Notes: generated by a model from the sequence alone, not told the origin. A stretch of 63,952 nt of DNA, filler included, from Dimargaris cristalligena (GCA_003614675.1; 4 parts of 4 records of this genome joined end to end with filler, not necessarily neighbours in it), one strand, 5' to 3'. Shown: positions 35,622 to 47,747, counted from the whole stretch's first letter. A program made the numbers and translations.

Positions 35622-37316
35622 CTATTGGGCAGTCTCGATGGGGCCTAGAGTTTCTTCGATCGTTTCCTTGACCTTTTCCACGGTACCGGGGGCAACGTCA
35701 ATACAGCGGCGGGGTTTTTCGAGAAGACCGACGAATTCCGGGGGCAGGACGTCGTCAAACTGGAAAGTTTCGGCGGAACTATCCCCATGGGTCAGGGCCT
35801 GGGTGACGGCGGCGGAAAATTTAGCAGGATGGGCGGTGGATAAGCAAATGGTATAGGTCAAGCGACCCTGGGCATCGGAACGACTCGTGGGACCATAGAC
35901 ATCGGGATGGCGGGTGGCCATGACCTCGGCCGCCTTTACGCCCACAGCGGTATGCGGGTCCAGTAAGTATTGAGGCTGCTGCTTCGGCGAGGAGTCCGTG
36001 GCCGTGGCACCATTCCAACCCGCAGGACGGTAGTACCGGTGAATGGTGTCAAGGGTATCGGCGTCGGAAACCGCCACCGAGCCGAAGGTCTGCTGAGCGA
36101 CCTGGTGGATGGAGGCATCGACGGTAAACGAACCGGTGGTCTTGAATTGGTCCATCCATTTCCGGACCATTTCACCGGCCTGCACCGAGGGATTGTTATT
36201 ACCCGACTGCGCCTGGCCCGCCGTGGCCGCATAATCCCGGGCGAGGTACCAGAGCAAACGTTCAAAGTTGGAACTAACCAGAATGTCCATGGCGGGACTG
36301 AGGGTCTCCGAGACGGCGCTAGCCGCAGCAGCGTCGGTGACGGTGGACTTTTCGTAGCGACCGGTAGTGAAGAAACGGTCCAGAATATCGTTGGCGTTGG
36401 TGGCCACGACGAGGCGCTGGATCGGTAGGCCAAGCTGCTTCGCATAGAAACCGGCGAGGACATCTCCGAAGTTACCGGAGGGTACGGTATAGACCAGGTT
36501 GGCGGGGCCATGGCCCTGCTCCCGCAGTTGACGCTGGACGGCGAAATAGGAATGGAAGTAGTAGACGGTTTGAGCGAGAATACGGGCCCAGTTGATGGAG
36601 TTGATGGCGCCCAGGTGGTGCTTGGTACGGAAGGCGGGGTTGCCGAAGAGGGCCTTGACAATATCCTGGCAGTCGTCAAAGGTGCCCTGCACGGCCAGGT
36701 TGTGGATATTGGGATCGAGCACGGTGGTCATTTGGGCCTCCTGGATAGGGGAGACGCGACCCTTTGGGTGCAAAATAAATACCTGCACGTTCTTTTTGTT
36801 GCGCAGGCCGTAAATAGCGGCACTGCCCGTATCGCCGCTCGTGGCGCCCACCACGGTGATAAAATGGGGATCGAGGTGACCCTCCTCCTTATGGGCCGCT
36901 GCATCCCGCTGGTTACGGCGTTCGAGGAAATATTCAAACAGGTTGCCCAAGAACTGCAGGGCCACGTCCTTGAAGGCAAAAGTGGGGCCGTGGAACAGCT
37001 CCAGCACCCACCGGCGGTCGGCGGGGTGGCCCAATGGACGCACGGGCGTGACTTCAGGGTGCCGGAAAGTGCGGTAACTCTTGGCGACGAGGGCGGCCAA
37101 ATCGGCGGTGGGGATTTCGGACTCGTCGATGAAGAGACGGAGGATGCGGGTGGCCAAGTCAGCGAAGGGCAGGTTGGCCCAGGCTTCGGCCCAGTCGGCG
37201 GGGAGGGTGGGGATGGACTCCGGAATGAAGAGGCCGCCGTCGGGGGAAAGACCCTCTAGAACGGCGTCTTCGAACGAGTAGCCGACGGCACCTCCGCGCG
37301 TGGACAAGTATTTCAT
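35622..37316 (-). CDS. THR4: Threonine synthase (PLP-dependent), intronless
   Basis: MKYLSTRGG...GLSPDGGLFIP; LELFHGPTFAFKDVALQ (PLP-Lys motif); GATSGDTGSAA; NSINWARILAQ; VPSGNFGD; SPAMDILVSSNFERL; DPHTAVG; STAHPAKF. Confidence 0.97.
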   Translation of the reverse strand: MKYLSTRGGAVGYSFEDAVLEGLSPDGGLFIPESIPTLPADWAEAWANLPFADLATRILRLFIDESEIPTADLAALVAKSYRTFRHPEVTPVRPLGHPADRRWVLELFHGPTFAFKDVALQFLGNLFEYFLERRNQRDAAAHKEEGHLDPHFITVVGATSGDTGSAAIYGLRNKKNVQVFILHPKGRVSPIQEAQMTTVLDPNIHNLAVQGTFDDCQDIVKALFGNPAFRTKHHLGAINSINWARILAQTVYYFHSYFAVQRQLREQGHGPANLVYTVPSGNFGDVLAGFYAKQLGLPIQRLVVATNANDILDRFFTTGRYEKSTVTDAAAASAVSETLSPAMDILVSSNFERLLWYLARDYAATAGQAQSGNNNPSVQAGEMVRKWMDQFKTTGSFTVDASIHQVAQQTFGSVAVSDADTLDTIHRYYRPAGWNGATATDSSPKQQPQYLLDPHTAVGVKAAEVMATRHPDVYGPTSRSDAQGRLTYTICLSTAHPAKFSAAVTQALTHGDSSAETFQFDDVLPPEFVGLLEKPRRCIDVAPGTVEKVKETIEETLGPIETAQ

Positions 37317-38481
37317 GGTTAAGATAGAGGATGGGCAAAGGAGTGTGACAGGCTGGCTCAAAGCGGATAGGGTAGAGCGAGTAAAGCAATGCACGGTATG
37401 GCTTAAACAGCAGGTATTTAGAGCAGATAGAATAAAACGAGGTGGTAGTCAGGGTATGCTAAACCGAAAGAGAAAGAAGGGGCTCGCTCGGCGCTATATA
37501 GATAGGGCCCGGCATTAATCGAAGGGCGAAGTGGGGGAAGGGCGAGAGCCAGCCAAAATAACGACGACCAAGCCTATACATTTACATGATAGGTGGAGGT
37601 GATGATTTATAGTGACTAACTTGTCAACAGGCCAGAAGAAGCCCACTGTATATGTGACTGACCGACCACTGGAGGAAGCAGCCCGCCTAGAAAGAAGCCC
37701 CGGGAGTGGATGATCTGATTTATCGACAGCCAATGGTGCAGGCACGAGAGCCCCCTGCCACGCAACTACCCCTTAACCCTAAGCATGTATGGTAAAGTTG
37801 GCTTTTTATCCTAAATGTGCATGTATAAAATATATCTTCTTGCCGTACCACCCAGCTAATTAAGCGCAGCCCGTGTTTAAAACATACAGTACTATTTTTG
37901 CAAAGGAGCCCCCATCAGTTGAGGGGCAATGGGGTGTTTCATAGTCAATCCGGTGGCATGGCATAGAGTGCATTCGTACGTAAATCAGAGTATGAAGCGG
38001 GTCGGCCGCCAACGGTAAATATATTGGCCAAACTATCGATCGGGATATTTGCGGAAGCGCAGAAATTATATATCTAGATTACTTTTAGCACTTACCGAAA
38101 TATGGTATAACTAACTAACTAACTACCTAGCTGAATAAGAAGGTAGTATCCGGGGGCAAGGTCACGTGATTTATAGAGGCCCTGTTATATGCGCGTCTGG
38201 CCTCTATACTCGAAATCGCGGGTGGAGGTAAAAAAAAATAAAAGATATTCTTCAATAATGGTGGTGGATAGTATATCCCTTTTTTTGCAAGCACTGCCCG
38301 GGCGGGGGCAGCACGTATTGGCAACTACTTACCTGGCTATGGACCCAGTCCTTTGAACACATTCAAATCCTCATTTCTGTTCCTTTACTAGTAGACACTT
38401 CGCTATTCCTCTCTAAAGGGTCTCTCTGATCCACACAGTTCCCCCCTCCCCTACTCCATTGTCCCAGTCCAACTTGCCGTC

Positions 38482-40685
38482 ATGGATGTCTCTAGCGCCC
38501 TTGAGGCCCACAAGAAGAAATTGTAAGCAGGCCTCCTTTTCTTATTAGTTGCTTAAACCCAGCCCGCCTAGGGTTTATAAACATATATTCCCAACGCTAC
38601 TTGCCGAGGACCCGCTGTCGTCAAACACAACTGGGGGTATGCTCGGCCATATCTATATATAGACATATATATATGCCTGGTCAATGGGACGCAATAGGCA
38701 AGGCCTCTTTCAATTAAGCCATTCACTAAACTGCTCCATATACGGCGCCTTCTCTATCCCCCCTTCCAGTAAGACCACCGAGGTCGAAAAGGTGATTCCG
38801 CTCGATATCGACCTGGGGCTACTAACCGCCAGCGATATCAACGTGCTCGATGATTCCCTCCTGAAAAGCAAGGATACCGCTGCCCTGAACAAATATCTGC
38901 GGCGCATCACCCGGGACGGAGCCCAGCTGCTGATCAATAGCATTTTCTCGCGACCCACTCGCACCACCGAGGATTCGGTGATTGCCGAGCTTCCCAAACC
39001 CTTCTTGAAACTGCCCCGCGAGAAGCACGTAAGTGGCCCTATTCACTCTATGAGCCATATGCCCATGCCACTCTGGGTTTACATCGTGCCGCTCATTTAT
39101 AATTGCTCGACTATTAACCCGGCCTTAGTATATTTTTTACTATATCTAAATCCCCATTGCCCGAGTTTTTTTTTTCTTTGTATGGGTTAACTAACATTGC
39201 TTCTTTTGAATTATACCTCCACTTTCTTACTCTCCTTCCACCAGGTGCCCAAACCCAAACCCCTCACCCGCTGGGAGAAATTCGCCCAAACCAAGGGTAT
39301 CCAATCCACCAAGCGGTCCCAGAAGGTCTTTGACGAAGCGACCGGTGAATACCTCCCTCGCTGGGGCTACCGCGGGGTCAACGACGCCGAGAAGCAATGG
39401 TTGGTGGAGGTCAAGGACGGGGCCGATCCCTTCCAAGACCAGTTCCAGAAACTCCGTGACGAGAAGAAGGAGCGGGTCAATAAGAACCAGCGTCGCCACC
39501 AGCGTAACTTGGAAGAATCGGCGGCCGAGCAGCGGTCCATCAGCAACCCACGGAGTATGCAAAAGAAGGACCTGCAGCGGACCCTGGTTCTCTCCAAATC
39601 CTCCACCGCCTCGATGGGCAGATTCGACCGGCAGTTGGTTGGTGAACCCAAAGTCAAGGGTGTTAAACGCAAGGTAAGTTGGGTATTATATAGACGAAAC
39701 CAACTCTTAGTTTCAACTCCCAGCTTAATGTCTGGGATATTGGTCCTTTGATAATAGCCGAACTACGGGATACCGCAAACTCGTTTCATTTTCGAAAGAA
39801 AACACGGCATCCCCTACCTCATTCCTAAGCTAGGAAGTACGACCGGTGCTTATACCTAGAGTCATTGAGCGCTGTGCATCTTTTCCATGCCTTCTCGAAG
39901 TTGACCTCCCCTATTCACCCCCCCCTTTTTTTCCGCCATTGCCATTCTGGTATACTCGAATCCTGTTTTCGGAATCGAGCAGCCAAAATAGTAAATTTTG
40001 AAGGCTGGGCGCGAAGGCCAGGAGGTGGAGGGAAACTACGAGGGGAAGATTGGAAAGTGGTGGTGGTGGACTACATGGGGTGAATGGATCGGGTCACTCG
40101 TATCATTGTCCATTTGGGTTAACGATATTCCGATGTTTTTTGTGAAGTCATTCTAATTTTCTATCACTGTGTATCCCTCTTGCCCTTACTTAATATCGAA
40201 TAGTTCAAATCCAACGACGTTGATGCCGGTGAAGAAAAGGACACTTCTCTTAAGCTGCTCAAGAAAGTCGTGGACGCGCCCAAGGGCAAGATCGACGTCC
40301 ACAAGGTAAGTGGTGTTAATCATCTAGCAGCATGCCCAAGTTATAGCCCACGAATATGGGAGAAATTCAAACCAGCTGTATAAGGTTTTACATAATACGT
40401 GTATGGACAAATATATGTGAGAATATCTTTTAACCAGTAATATTGGCCTCATCCAATGGATTTTTCGTTATACAGCCTGAATGAACTTCTCCCATATTAA
40501 CGTTGTGGCTATTTTACTACTATTATTGAAATGCCAGCCCGTTTATTGCCAAACCCCTATTGAAAACTCGCGTTTTAGTGTACTAATATTTATATTATTG
40601 ACTTGATTTATTCACCATCATGGACTTGTGTTTATTACTATCTGGTTATACCTTTATACAGGCCATACGGAAACTCAAGAAATAG
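38482..40685 (+). CDS. RRS1: Ribosome biogenesis regulatory protein Rrs1, 5 exons
   Basis: MDVSSALEAHKKKF|KTTEVEKVIPLDIDLGLL...TRDGAQLLINSIF...LPREKH|VPKPKPLTRWEKFAQTKGI...PRWGY...STASMGRFD...GVKRK|FKSND...IDVHK|AIRKLKK*, with GT-AG introns. Confidence 0.94.
40358..40493 (+). mobile_element. MITE copy 3 (136 bp, ATAT TSD) inside the last intron of RRS1
   Basis: ATAT|GGGAGAAATTCAAACCAGCTGTATAA...TTATACAGCCTGAATGAACTTCTCCC|ATAT; the 26-bp TIRs match at 21/26 positions. Confidence 0.92.
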
Positions 40686-42364
40686 GTTTAACGACGCTTG
40701 GGTATACCTCGGGCCCCGAGCTTTGGCTGCTTGTCTTTATGCCTTGGTGCGCGTTACCAATCCCATGTGTAACCTTTTGCCGGCAGCCCTGCCCTATTTT
40801 TGAAAATAACTAGCCTTAGTGCCAATAATAAGGCCGCCTACCTCTCTCTTCAGCCTAATTATTGGGGCATTTAAGGGTATGCCGAATTCTTTCGGCTGAC
40901 ATTTTCTACATCTCGCTTAAATTAATGAAATACAGGCGGGCGGGGTATCTTTATACCGAGTGGCTTTAATAAAACCAGATGGGGGACCAGCCTAAATCTG
41001 TGAATTTCTTCCACAATGGAGACTGCCCCTACATTATATAAATACATAAAAAGGTGTACCCCCTACTGATTAAACCGGTAATGGGAGTCGTGAAAGCACA
41101 CCAGTGTAAGGTGTGAGGACTCTCTAGTAGAGACCAATCCCGCTGCCTTCGAAATAGCCATCAAGAGTATTAATATAGAATAAACGATGGCAGCGTCGAC
41201 TACACGGCAATTGAGTGAGTGGGCGATGTATTCAAAGTGCCTCAAGTCCAGTATTTTTATCCGCCCAGCTCATAAGGGACTGGTTATGGTACCCTTCCTC
41301 GCATTTGCATCTATAGTGTTTAGCCGTGTTAAACGATATCCGACTTCGGCCAACTCGGACTTCGCTAACTCCTGTAACTCTGGGGCACTTCCAGATTTTG
41401 ACCTATCTTGGGTCGGATGATTATATTACCCTGGCCGGAATTGGACAACCTTAGCCACTATAGGCACTACTAAAATGGACATGAGAGGTGAGGAAGAATA
41501 GGCTAAGGACTCAAGGAGTGTTATGCCCCTGATTAAGTTGGTGCGTCAGGGTAGCCGATTTTCTCAACTTAAACTCGAGCTTGCCGGATGCACACACTGC
41601 CCCTATTCTAGCTATCATACGGGGGGGGGGTAACCAGAGAAGAGTGAGGGGAGACGGTGAGTGGGGGGATATGGCACGGATTGATTGCGACGGACGAAGT
41701 ATTAGCCATCGTAGCGTCCGACAAAGAGAAGGTGGAACCGGGTCATAAAGACGGCGAGGATCGAGGCCAAAAAGTTGACCCAACACAGCCCCTTTACCCT
41801 TTTGGTTGATCTTTCAATCATCCCTAACTTCCCTTCCCCTAAACTATCCCCTATTCTCTAAATTTGGCCACCTCAGGCCAAGCGGGCGGGCTGTAAAGGG
41901 TAGGGGCCCCGAAGAAAAAGGCTTGCACGGGGCCTTCAGGGAATTCGGGAGTCGGACGGCAGGATATCCGCTATTTGCCCATGAGCATCATTGGCCTTGT
42001 ATGTCCTTTTAGTATTGCTTGGTCGCGATGTTACTAATGGGTGCCGGGGCTGTTGGTAATGGCATTGTGGCCGCGGCCAGCTAGATATACCTGTTGGTCA
42101 CACACACATATATATATAGACGGGTATCCCGCTGTTTCGGTTTAATAATCATCAACCTACGCCCGCTCTCCTCTCTTGACTTGCCTCTTCTCACCCCTCT
42201 CGCTCTTTCACAGACACACTCGTACATTGCTCTAATCTTAATTAGTTCCCCCACCTCCTAGTCACACCCCCTCTCTGTTTTTTTTGTGTTTTTCATTTTT
42301 ATTTTGGTCTCTCGCAACTCTCTCCCCACCCCTCACTTATACCAACCCATTTTAAAACATTACC

Positions 42365-42589
42365 ATGAAGTTCCAACTGCTGGTTCTGGTCGTGGCTGTG
42401 CTGGCGTGCCAGCTTGTCTCTGCCCGCTCTTTGGAAAAACGTGAGGTGGAAGCGGGTGCCGTGAAACCCACTCCCCAGCATTTGGAACGCCGTATATTCG
42501 GCAGTTTATTGACAATGGTAGCCAAGTATGTCGCCCCCACCGTCATCAACAAGGTTTTCGGCAAGAGTTTGACTAAGGGGGTATTGTAA
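42365..42589 (+). CDS. Small secreted prepropeptide (74 aa) with Kex2-type KR/RR sites releasing a 31-aa cationic amphipathic peptide
   Basis: MKFQLLVLVVAVLACQLVSA (signal)-RSLEKR-EVEAGAVKPTPQHLERR-IFGSLLTMVAKYVAPTVINKVFGKSLTKGVL. Strong start context (ACC ATG), with a TATA-like run at ~42109-42118 and a CT-rich leader. Confidence 0.82.
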   Translation: MKFQLLVLVVAVLACQLVSARSLEKREVEAGAVKPTPQHLERRIFGSLLTMVAKYVAPTVINKVFGKSLTKGVL

Positions 42590-43972
42590 TACTATTTTTC
42601 ATTAATTACCTATTTACTTGAAAAAATGGGTGGGGGGAACGCATTCTTCGGGGGGATTACGCTGGAGAGAGGGGTGGTTTAGCTGGCCTTTTCGTTCGTA
42701 AATGGTCAGTTTAATTAGCCGTAAATATTATTTGCTTTCAATGAAGTTAAATGGTGTTCCACCGACGAGCTCAATGCCCTGTTTTAGTGTCATCAAGCTG
42801 GCGCCCGCGGCCGATTCGAGAACCCAACCAATACTAAGTACGAACGTCGGTCCACCACAACATATCTTGGTCATCGTTGGCCACCTTCCGGCCCCCTTGG
42901 TTCCACGTCGGTTTACCCCATTTCCACTTTCTCCCCCATACTTTATGAAAAATCATTAGCCAGCGCAGCCATTTAGTAATATGGTATTTACGATAAGTAG
43001 TTTGTATAGTTAGTTCCTCGTCGGGATCGCATAAATTGTAATAAATCTACCTAATTAAAGTACTCGTATTCCTGGCCAATTTAATGGCGGAGGGTCCCAG
43101 TTCGAGGCTTCATTGTTCATCCTACGCGAGGCCCGCTAGGTTAGGTCATTGGCCAAAGTTGAATTGGCGGGTATAGTGCTAGTGGTCCGCTTTCTGGTCC
43201 CGTTTTATATTAATGGGTCGATTCCATCCTCCACAGCCTACCTATCCGCACCTTCCTCCAGCCTTGGCGTGGTTATCCGGCCTGCCGTTGGCACTGTTAC
43301 CACTTGGAAGTTCAAACACCCGACGCTTCCCATCATGTAAACCCATCTATAACTATAGTAAGCCAGGTTCGTTAGTGCGCTGAATTGACAAGTTGAATAA
43401 AGTCGACGCCCGTTGAAGCTGTGGTTATCTAAATGCCACAGGTTTATCGAGAAAGTACGGGAGCTTAATTGCCGAAGGTATTTTAACACCTTTAAAACTC
43501 GCGCTTCCCTCCTTCACCTATTCAATATCCATATTCCATAACCAACACCTCATTAATTGGTATGAATGAAGCCTACGACTGCATGGGTCCTGGAGTAAGC
43601 TGTAGATGAGGCAGTAGGCGGTATATTTAAATTTAGCTAGTACTCCTATTTCGAGCCGTTGGTTGGTCCTCCGTCGAATAAAAAGTATAGGTGTGCCGTC
43701 TTCTACTCTACGGCGACTACATTTAATGGACATATTACACGTATTTATAAGCATTGCCTACAAACCAGTGTCACGGCTACTTGGGTTTATCACCTAGCCA
43801 GTAGTAATTCGGTACCATTATCAGGTCCGGAAATTCATTTAATGAGGGGTGAATGTCTAATTGGGGTTTCCCGAAATTGTTATTTTTTTGTGCGTAAGAA
43901 GTATATACAATCCCGCCTCATAAATATAGCTATTTTTTTTTAAAAAAAACAAATATGTAGCAATTGTAAATT

Positions 43973-44653
43973 CTAGGATCTAACCAGCATAGTCTGGGGC
44001 CGCGGTTTCAGGGGATGCTGGGGCATAACTATAGCCTTTTCATTAGAGTGCGGGACACTGCTATCCGGTTGATGATGGGACTCGGGGTTCTCGGTAGAAG
44101 TCGGGCTAAAGCGGTCAACAAGTTCGAGAGACCAGGGCGCCATATCCAGGGACACTGTCAATGGCTCCCATTGGGCGTCTACGAATTTCATTAGCATCAG
44201 GTAGCCACTGGGACTGGGGGGAGTTGGCTCTAAAGAATAGCCATCCGAGTCCAGGCTCATTTGCGCTCGCTCCGGGCCACTGGTTTCGCTAGTTTCCGGG
44301 GACGAAAGTTCCATTGATGGACAAGGACGAGGACCGGTACCACGCTGGTTAAACATCCGATTACGGGCTTTTAGCGTATGTACCCAGTGGTGGAATTTGG
44401 TGGTTCTTTGCTTAGAGCCCGGTAATGTACTAAAAGATACGGGCGATTCCTCAGGTCTACATGGGCATCGACGAGTAATTTCAGGGGAGGTGGTAAAAAA
44501 GCCCAGCAGCCCGTTTATTTGCTCGTCCGAGTAGGGCAAATCGAAATGGTGGGCATCCGCCGAACTGGTTTGGGCTGCGGTTCCCTGAGTTTCGGGTTGG
44601 GCTCTGAAACGCCGAATGACCCAGGTGAAGATTTGGAAAAACTGAAAGGCCAT
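43973..44653 (-). CDS. Hypothetical Ser/Pro-rich protein (226 aa)
   Basis: Uninterrupted ATG-initiated 681-nt ORF in AT-rich intergenic DNA; no recognisable domain. Confidence 0.45.
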   Translation of the reverse strand: MAFQFFQIFTWVIRRFRAQPETQGTAAQTSSADAHHFDLPYSDEQINGLLGFFTTSPEITRRCPCRPEESPVSFSTLPGSKQRTTKFHHWVHTLKARNRMFNQRGTGPRPCPSMELSSPETSETSGPERAQMSLDSDGYSLEPTPPSPSGYLMLMKFVDAQWEPLTVSLDMAPWSLELVDRFSPTSTENPESHHQPDSSVPHSNEKAIVMPQHPLKPRPQTMLVRS

Positions 44654-45753
44654 CTTTAAAGTAGATTATAATGGCTGATTCGCCCAAAGTCTATAATCAC
44701 TGGGAAATGAGAATTAAGAACTGGGGGCCTGGGATTTAGAGTGGAATTGGAGACAGTAGGGGTAAGTAGCTGGGTAATGGATGCGAAAATAAAAAGAGGG
44801 CCTAGATTTAATCCTGGTCCAAAAGGTTAAGGTATCTCACAGGAGGCTGTTACAATGTTTTTATATGGACTTACAGCCCCCTTGAGGCTATTGATTGTTG
44901 AATACCAAATATTTCTAATCGCCCAATTTTTGGACTGGAGGATTATATTAAGAATTAAAACATAATTATGTATAGTTCTTGGTATTTATTGATATTTCTT
45001 TTACGTACGACTAACTCTTCCGCCCTAATTGTAAATCGCCGCCGGGGTTGATAAGGATGTATTGAATAACTGTCCTATTACCTTGATGACGACTTGGTGA
45101 ATCGGAGTAGGACTCCGTGGAAGACCGCTGATTATTATCAATAATAAATCGTACTTTCTTTATTTCGAGTTTAGGGGGGCGGTGCAACAATCGGGTATTG
45201 TAGAGTGAGTCCAATAATCCTTCCAGTAACCACTCGGTCTGTCGGTAGGTTTCGATATTTGTAACTCGGAATGTGAGTAAGTAGCTACTATTAAGGCCAC
45301 TAAAGTTTCTTATCCGTTTACTACTATCCACAGTACATCAGCCTCAGCATTAATCCCAGTTGTTGTTCTTATAGTTGGATCCTACCTCGGAACTAGCCGA
45401 TTAGTCGGTTGTTTAGCCAGGATGGCCAACAAAGAGGAAACCAGTGGCGCACTGATTATATACTGAAGGTATTTTAAGCGGGAATGCCAGCTATTGTTCA
45501 AAGGATACGGGTATTATTCACGAACAACCAAATACCATGCTCCCAAAGAGACGGCTATTTATTTATATTGGAAAGGGGCTAGAGTTAGCAGCTGCAATAA
45601 AAGCAGCTCCCTTATAGTACCGAGCGTCAGTGTAAAAATGAGCAAGGCATGCTACCTAGAAGTTGTAAATGTGGTTTGGGTTTTAATAAAAGGGGGGTTG
45701 GCCTGATGGGCTCGAAAGGTTACTCAGTAGCGAAAGGCAAAGATACCGGCTCA

Positions 45754-45951
45754 TCAGGGCGAGGTATAATGTCCGCGGTAGTACATGGCGTAATATTCCT
45801 TGCGGTTGAGAATCGAGGCGAGGTATTCGGAGGAGCTGGCCTGGTCCTCGGCGGACATGTCGCTAAAGCCAAAGGGCAGGTCATATTCATCAAGCGGGTA
45901 AGCGGGGTGAACGTTCTCGTAGGGGTCGGAGTCGGTATAGCTGAGCGTCAT
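45754..45951 (-). CDS. Hypothetical 65-aa acidic, Tyr-rich microprotein
   Basis: MTLSYTDSDPYENVHPAYPLDEYDLPFGFSDMSAEDQASSSEYLASILNRKEYYAMYYRGHYTSP*. GCACC-ATG context, C-ending codon bias like the housekeeping genes here, and an upstream CT-rich tract and TATAAA (~46113-46118, minus strand). Confidence 0.55.
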   Translation of the reverse strand: MTLSYTDSDPYENVHPAYPLDEYDLPFGFSDMSAEDQASSSEYLASILNRKEYYAMYYRGHYTSP

Positions 45952-47747
45952 GGTGCAGAGCGTAACGGGTGAAAGAAGAGGGGGGAGTTGGGAGAGGCGA
46001 CACAGGTCGACGAAAGTAAGATTGAAAAATAGGGTAGCTGAGTAGAAGGGAGAGAGCAGAGAAGGCGGAAACGATGAACTATACACAAAAAAGAGTGGGC
46101 GGAGGGCTTCAATTTATAAGTCTCGCTAACTAAAAAAATTCAGGGGTAGGATTGGGGTGATGAACACTCTCACTGCCCGAAGGTATGCAGATCCCGAATG
46201 GTGTTGCGTACGACAGGGAAGCACCGGCGAGTCTATTCAAGTGATATCATAAAGCTTTTATTGGCTGGTGAGGGGCTGGACGGGGGCGACCAAGCCTGTT
46301 TATTGATGTGGAAAAGGCTAAGGAAGAAACAACTCACTTTGGACTTAGTGATGGCGAGTGCGGTCGCTTTCCATGTCGGCCGACGAGCTCAGATTTTCTT
46401 GCTCGGCCAATTGCTACACCAGTCGCGGTAGTAATTCAGTGGTCTTGTTCGCATCTAAACATAGTTTTGATGCCAGTTGGTGAACCATACTTGCTCTTAA
46501 ATGTTTGCCGGTACGTATGGCGTACTTTGTCGTTAAACCAAGTATGTGCCCACACTAGTTAAAAATGCGTTTATACTCGTCCCTCCCTCACTCCGGCCCC
46601 GTTTACACAAGTACAATATACTCGGCTGCGTGGATAATTTAATGACTCAATACGCGATGGCAGATTGTACTCAAATTGTCCATGGCAACCCTTTAGCCAC
46701 CGTCGCCGACACCACAAATTAATAACAACTCTTGCATTTGTTGTATTAGAAGGGCAACTGAGAGACTCTTCGTTTTACAAGTATAGTGGTTGGCTATAAC
46801 TTTATGTTCTTGAAATGCTTTTGTTGAATGGTTATTAGTTCTCAATTGTTATACCTCACCCGTTTTCCTAACATCTCCAGTGGTCGACAGCCCAAATGCC
46901 CTCCGTACCCCCGAGCCCTTGTATGTGGCCCCATATCCCCCCTACAGCCTAAAAAAACTATATATGTATCATGCCATCAAATTCGGCCAACGTATCCAAT
47001 GTCCAAATACTCATCAGCTCCCGACCTCTCCTTCCCCGAACTTAGTTGGATCTCCAGATGGCATCGCCCAAACCACTGCAGTATACCCTTAAATGGGCAA
47101 AAATTTCTCACCCCTCCGGATAAACTCGCAGCGGTGGTGCCCAACCAAGTCAACCACCCACTTGACTGTGAAGTGTAGTACCAATGCAACACCACAGCCA
47201 AATCTTAATAGCTATTTCTTTCTTAGGGGGCAATGATGGGTCGAAATAAGCAGCCTTGCGTTTAAATTGCTCTGAGTAAGAAAAAAGGAATGGGATACCT
47301 GATTTGGCGGATGTGAACTGTGGTTTGACAAAGATATGTAATGATTTCTCAAGCCAATGCCATGGTGCTAAAATGTCCAAAGCTATAGTGCTGTCCAGCC
47401 GGCCATGACTGATCACCAAAGGCAGATACCAATTCCTACCTATGATGAATCAAACGAAATATATATATAACCCCAAGTTATAAATTCATCAGTATAGCCT
47501 TCAGCAGCAATACTGAATTAATGAAGTCACTGTAAGTGAACCTAGGAAGGAAAGGTGTGGATTAGGAGAGGCATAAGGCTATTTGGCATGTCAATGAATT
47601 AAATAATGCTATTCTACTGATTTTCAATAGTCTCCAAGACCCTTCTACTTACTGGCATCCATAATATTATTTTTGATATTTAGTTAAGCAGTAAAATTAG
47701 GGCCTCACATGAGATGTCTTTAATGAGTATTAAAAGATAGAGATAAT

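Noticed and set aside
35936..37259. Long antisense/alternate-frame ORFs over THR4 (also over the NIPA, ARS2, RRS1 and SMYD-like genes)
   Set aside because: These are shadow ORFs caused by GC-rich codon bias of the real genes; they show no independent motifs.
37599..37661. TGATGA...CTGA pair resembling a box C/D snoRNA
   Set aside because: It lies in a promoter region with no convincing terminal stem or recognisable rRNA guide, so a chance match is likely.
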